Part shown: one piece after another, positions 29,508-32,000 of the stretch
Position numbering within the stretch: position 1 is the stretch's first letter
Layout of the letters: each line of letters starts with the position of its first letter
From: Formosa sp. Hel1_33_131
GTDB lineage: Bacteria; Bacteroidota; Bacteroidia; Flavobacteriales; Flavobacteriaceae
Assembly: GCF_001735745.1 (NCBI RefSeq)
Contig: NZ_CP017260.1
Span: 570,001-602,000 of the forward strand
Direction of reading: 5' to 3'
DNA length: 32,000 bases
Program-made: the position numbers and the translations under genes
The notes under the pieces: generated by a model
What the model was told of the DNA's origin: nothing
Database searches by the model: none
Seen by the model: the letters and a program-made list of their open reading frames with translations, nothing else

Positions 29508-30275
29508 GTGAATCGAATACAAGCAAAATTACAAGAAGACAAAAAACTATTGTCCATCTATTTTACGGCGGGATACCCCAACTTAAACGACACGATAACG
29601 ACGATTGAAAGTTTAGAAAAAAACGGCGTGGACATGATTGAAATTGGCTTGCCGTTTAGCGATCCGTTGGCAGATGGCCCTACGATTCAGGCGAGTTCTA
29701 CACAAGCCTTGCACAATGGCATGACCTCAACGGTCTTGTTTGAGCAGCTGAAAGACATCCGGAAAACAGTTTCGATTCCGTTGATTCTGATGGGCTATTT
29801 TAATCCAATGCTTCAATATGGAGTAGAAGCCTTTTGTAAAAAATGCCAAGAAGTGGGCATTGATGGATTGATCATTCCGGACTTGCCGGTGGAAGTGTAT
29901 CACGAAGAATATAAAGCTATTTTTGAACGGTATGGATTGCTCAATGTCTTTTTGATCACGCCACAAACAAGCGAGTCACGCATCCGTTATATGGACAGTA
30001 TTTCAGAAGGATTTATTTATATGGTGAGTAGTGCCAGCACGACGGGAAGCCAAAGTGGTTTTGGAAACGAACAAACGGATTATTTTAAACGGATCGCCGA
30101 CCTCCAGCTAACCAACCCACAGATTATTGGATTTGGAATTTCTGATCATGAGACGTTTAGCCAAGCCACGCAGTATGCCAAAGGCGCCATCATTGGAAGT
30201 GCGTTTATAAAGCATGTGACGGCTCATGGAGTGAATGATTTGGGAGCGTTTACGCAGCCGCTATTGAGAGGCTAG
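29508..30275 (+). CDS. trpA: Tryptophan synthase alpha chain
   Basis: (M)NRIQAKLQEDKKLLSIYFTAGYP, IEIGLPFSDPLADGPTIQ and GFGIS motifs. I prefer the GTG at 29508, 4 nt after the trpB stop, because it gives the usual MNRI... TrpA N-terminus. The track's TTG at 29484 would overlap trpB by 20 nt. Confidence 0.9.
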   Translation: MNRIQAKLQEDKKLLSIYFTAGYPNLNDTITTIESLEKNGVDMIEIGLPFSDPLADGPTIQASSTQALHNGMTSTVLFEQLKDIRKTVSIPLILMGYFNPMLQYGVEAFCKKCQEVGIDGLIIPDLPVEVYHEEYKAIFERYGLLNVFLITPQTSESRIRYMDSISEGFIYMVSSASTTGSQSGFGNEQTDYFKRIADLQLTNPQIIGFGISDHETFSQATQYAKGAIIGSAFIKHVTAHGVNDLGAFTQPLLRG

Positions 30276-30285
30276 AAAACTATTA

Positions 30286-30321
30286 AAATCACGTATTTCT
30301 TTGGAAGTACGTGATTTTTTT
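30286..30321 (+). terminator. Intrinsic terminator of the trp operon
   Basis: AAATCACGTA (30286-30295) and TACGTGATTT (30308-30317) form a 10-bp stem running into a T-run (30315-30321). It lies 10 nt after the trpA stop. Confidence 0.7.
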
Positions 30322-30404
30322 ATACATTTATAACTGATTTTAATCCCCAGATCTAAATCTTCATAAGCGACTTAACCCGTTGTAAGCAATTATTTTATTT
30401 GAAT

Positions 30405-30505
30405 TTTAGATATGGGGGAGCAAACAAGATGTTTGCACTAAAATCAGTGACGTATAATGACAAGCAAAACGGTGTGTTTTCCCGGGATATATAGCCGTTA
30501 ACACA
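30405..30505. repeat. Imperfect palindromic intergenic element, copy A
   Basis: Starts ...TAGATATGGGGGA and ends TCCCGGGATATATAGCCGTTAACAC. The ends are related in order and spacing to copy B (TATGG[G/C]GG ... [A/C]TATA..CCGTT..AAC). There is an internal hairpin GCAAAC-AAGAT-GTTTGC at 30420-30436. The self-complementarity of copy A is weak (4+4 bp). Confidence 0.3.
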
Positions 30506-30542
30506 TCTTTTTATTTGGATATAACTAGTTACCACCAATTGA

Positions 30543-30821
30543 ATGAAAGACATTGAGAGACATATGAAAATTAGGATTACAAAGTCTGAATTTGATTTAA
30601 TTAGCGGAATTTTGGACGAGAATAAAAATTTATTTACACCAAGTCAAATAAATGATTCTGAATATATTTTATCATTTGTGGACTTTGAGCAAGCAATGGA
30701 ATTTGACGAATTAATTAAAGACAAATTGGTTTATCAAGGCTTTGATAGAGAATATAATCCGAACAAATTTGGATTAATGTGTGAAAATGTAATTGACAAA
30801 ATGTACGAGATTTTAAAATGA
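30543..30821 (+). CDS. Hypothetical small acidic cytoplasmic protein
   Basis: A 92-aa ORF with no motifs I recognise. It has an ATGA overlap with the next ORF, which suggests co-translation. AT-rich codon usage. Confidence 0.5.
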   Translation: MKDIERHMKIRITKSEFDLISGILDENKNLFTPSQINDSEYILSFVDFEQAMEFDELIKDKLVYQGFDREYNPNKFGLMCENVIDKMYEILK

Positions 30822-31291
30822 AAAAAATAATAACCATATTTTTAATTTCACTTTTGGGTTTAAATATCAATGCTCAAGAAATTTCTGACGAACAGTATAT
30901 GAATGCCTATATTGTAGTATCTGACACTTCACAAAACTATTTTGAATTAAGACAAAAAATGCTTAACCTAAATGAGAAACTGAAGACGGAAATTGACACA
31001 ATGGGAAGAGGGTTTAATAAAAAGAAAAACCTTATTTGCTTACCTGAAAATGACGAAGACGAAATTTATGCAGGTGATTATTTCCCGAGACGTTATCCTT
31101 CCGAGACTTTAAGTTTAGAATATTTGATTTATTACACAAATGGAAAGAAACCGACAGAAGGAACTATCGCATTAGTTACAATCATAACTGACAACAAGGA
31201 AAAGGCGGAAAAAAAATTGGCAGAAGTGAAAAAATATTCTGACAGAGCATTTATTGTAAACAGTCAGATTTATATGGGATGTATGCATTAA
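30818..31291 (+). CDS. Hypothetical secreted protein
   Basis: 157 aa with signal peptide MKKIITIFLISLLGLNINAQ. No family recognised. Confidence 0.55.
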   Translation: MKKIITIFLISLLGLNINAQEISDEQYMNAYIVVSDTSQNYFELRQKMLNLNEKLKTEIDTMGRGFNKKKNLICLPENDEDEIYAGDYFPRRYPSETLSLEYLIYYTNGKKPTEGTIALVTIITDNKEKAEKKLAEVKKYSDRAFIVNSQIYMGCMH

Positions 31292-31305
31292 AAAATAACA
31301 ACAAA

Positions 31306-31445
31306 AGGTGGTAACACTGTATATAGTTTATGGCGGGTGAAGTGCTAATTATGAGCGATTTAACAATTAATAAACATCGGTGCAAGTTGAAAGTTTTGTG
31401 TTTCAAAACCGCCACAAAACCATATACTATCCGTTGGCAACAATA
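31306..31445. repeat. Imperfect palindromic intergenic element, copy B
   Basis: GTATATAGTTTATGGCGG (31319-31336) pairs with CCGCCACAAAACCATATAC (31409-31427). That gives 16 bp in 6+4+6 blocks with one mismatch and a small internal loop, enclosing 72 nt. It is flanked by GGTGGTAAC (31307-31315) and CCGTTGGCAAC. Confidence 0.4.
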
Positions 31446-31466
31446 TCTAAACGAGACGCAAAACGA

Positions 31467-31946
31467 ATGGAAAAGAAATTAAAACAAAGTATTCTGACTT
31501 CTTATCTGATTGGAGCACCAATTGGCATTATTGTTGTTTTCGCTACGATTTTTGTTCCGAGTTTTTTATTTGGAAAAGGACTAATGATAATTGTTATTCT
31601 TGGAACATACGGCATTTCAACAATCGGACTTGTAGTTGCGTTTTTGATTGCTCTTTGGATTGGTGGAAAATTAGCCTATAAGGATATTGAAAATGGAAAA
31701 TCATTAATTCTGACCTCTTTTAAATACTCAACTGTTGTGAATTTAATAATCTGGACAACTTTTTGTCTGATTATAGGACTGACTGCTACAGAAGAAAGGT
31801 TTCTAATGATGATTCCACCTATTATTGCTTTTGTTGTTTGTACGATTCTAACAACATTTTCAATCGGACTTTTAATTTCATATGTAATTAGACGAATAAA
31901 TAATAAACCGACTGAATTAAAAAATACAGTTGCCAACTCCGTATAA
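31467..31946 (+). CDS. Hypothetical integral membrane protein (about 4 TM helices)
   Basis: MEKKLKQSILTSYLIGAPIGIIVVFATIFVPSFLF..., with four hydrophobic stretches of ~20-28 aa. I prefer the ATG at 31467. The track's GTG at 31380 lies inside the loop of palindromic element B. Confidence 0.55.
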   Translation: MEKKLKQSILTSYLIGAPIGIIVVFATIFVPSFLFGKGLMIIVILGTYGISTIGLVVAFLIALWIGGKLAYKDIENGKSLILTSFKYSTVVNLIIWTTFCLIIGLTATEERFLMMIPPIIAFVVCTILTTFSIGLLISYVIRRINNKPTELKNTVANSV

Positions 31947-32000
31947 AACTAATTGCTGGTTTTAGTCTACTTACGGAAATCTCTGCCTACCACAGGCAAG

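Noticed and set aside
30433-30458. Sigma70-like TTGCAC ... TATAAT upstream of the 92-aa ORF.
   Set aside because: The spacing is only 14 nt (optimum ~17). Bacteroidetes housekeeping promoters use the TTTG/TAnnTTTG architecture, so this is most likely a chance match in AT-rich DNA.
30370-31439. Integron attC sites / CALIN interpretation of the two palindromic elements. R''-like ACTTAAC is at 30370-30376 with R'-like GTTAACA at 30497-30503. TGGTAAC is at 31309-31315 with GTTGGCA at 31433-31439.
   Set aside because: Only ACTTAAC fits RYYYAAC. TGGTAAC, GTTAACA and GTTGGCA do not fit the RYYYAAC/GTTRRRY consensus. R''/R' complementarity is only 5-6 nt, copy A has little stem structure, and no intI gene is visible. 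Without a covariance-model score this is not supportable. It is kept only as something to test under the finding for 30322-32000.
31947-32000. Terminal sequence ...TCTCTGCCTACCACAGGCAAG (small TGCCT/AGGCA hairpin) that faintly resembles the palindrome at 1001-1032 (both contain CCTACC next to a short stem). It could be a dispersed REP-like element.
   Set aside because: The element is cut by the window edge, and the shared sequence is only about 6 nt plus a generic hairpin. That is insufficient to claim a repeat family.
1-32000. Scan for tRNA/rRNA genes, transposases, integrases, phage genes and known defence-system signatures.
   Set aside because: None were recognised in any intergenic region or ORF translation. 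The intergenic gaps are short or AT-rich without tRNA-like GC-rich cloverleaf segments.

Overview
The window looks like a chromosomal segment from a Flavobacteriia-type Bacteroidota genome. Supporting signs are T9SS sorting domains, a PorP/SprF gene, TAnnTTTG-type promoter boxes and no Shine-Dalgarno sequences. Left to right: (1) the 3' end of a TonB-dependent receptor. (2) A same-strand (minus) run of HMG-CoA lyase, a Dpm1/ArnC-like GT2, a PorP/SprF-like protein, one uninterrupted 14.66-kb ORF, a small secreted protein built from 13-aa repeats, and a T9SS-secreted endonuclease I. The 14.66-kb ORF encodes a 4,886-aa SprB-family adhesin with a type-B T9SS C-terminal domain and large near-identical internal tandem repeats. 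(3) A sugar-phosphate nucleotidyltransferase, two rhodaneses, two thioredoxin-fold proteins and YceI. (4) A complete trpEGDCFBA operon. It is preceded by an 18-codon leader ORF (too short for the ORF track) with three consecutive Trp codons, plus a terminator/antiterminator pair I could pair by hand. (5) A visibly more AT-rich trio of small hypothetical genes separated by related imperfect palindromes. I saw no rRNA, tRNA, CRISPR array, transposase or integrase. I do not see a clear-cut novel multi-gene system. The items most worth a second look are the giant adhesin with its cognate PorP/SprF gene and recombinogenic repeats, the trp attenuator, the nuclease plus repeat-protein pair, and the cassette-like region after trpA. 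All homology calls rest on motif recognition by eye; no searches were run.
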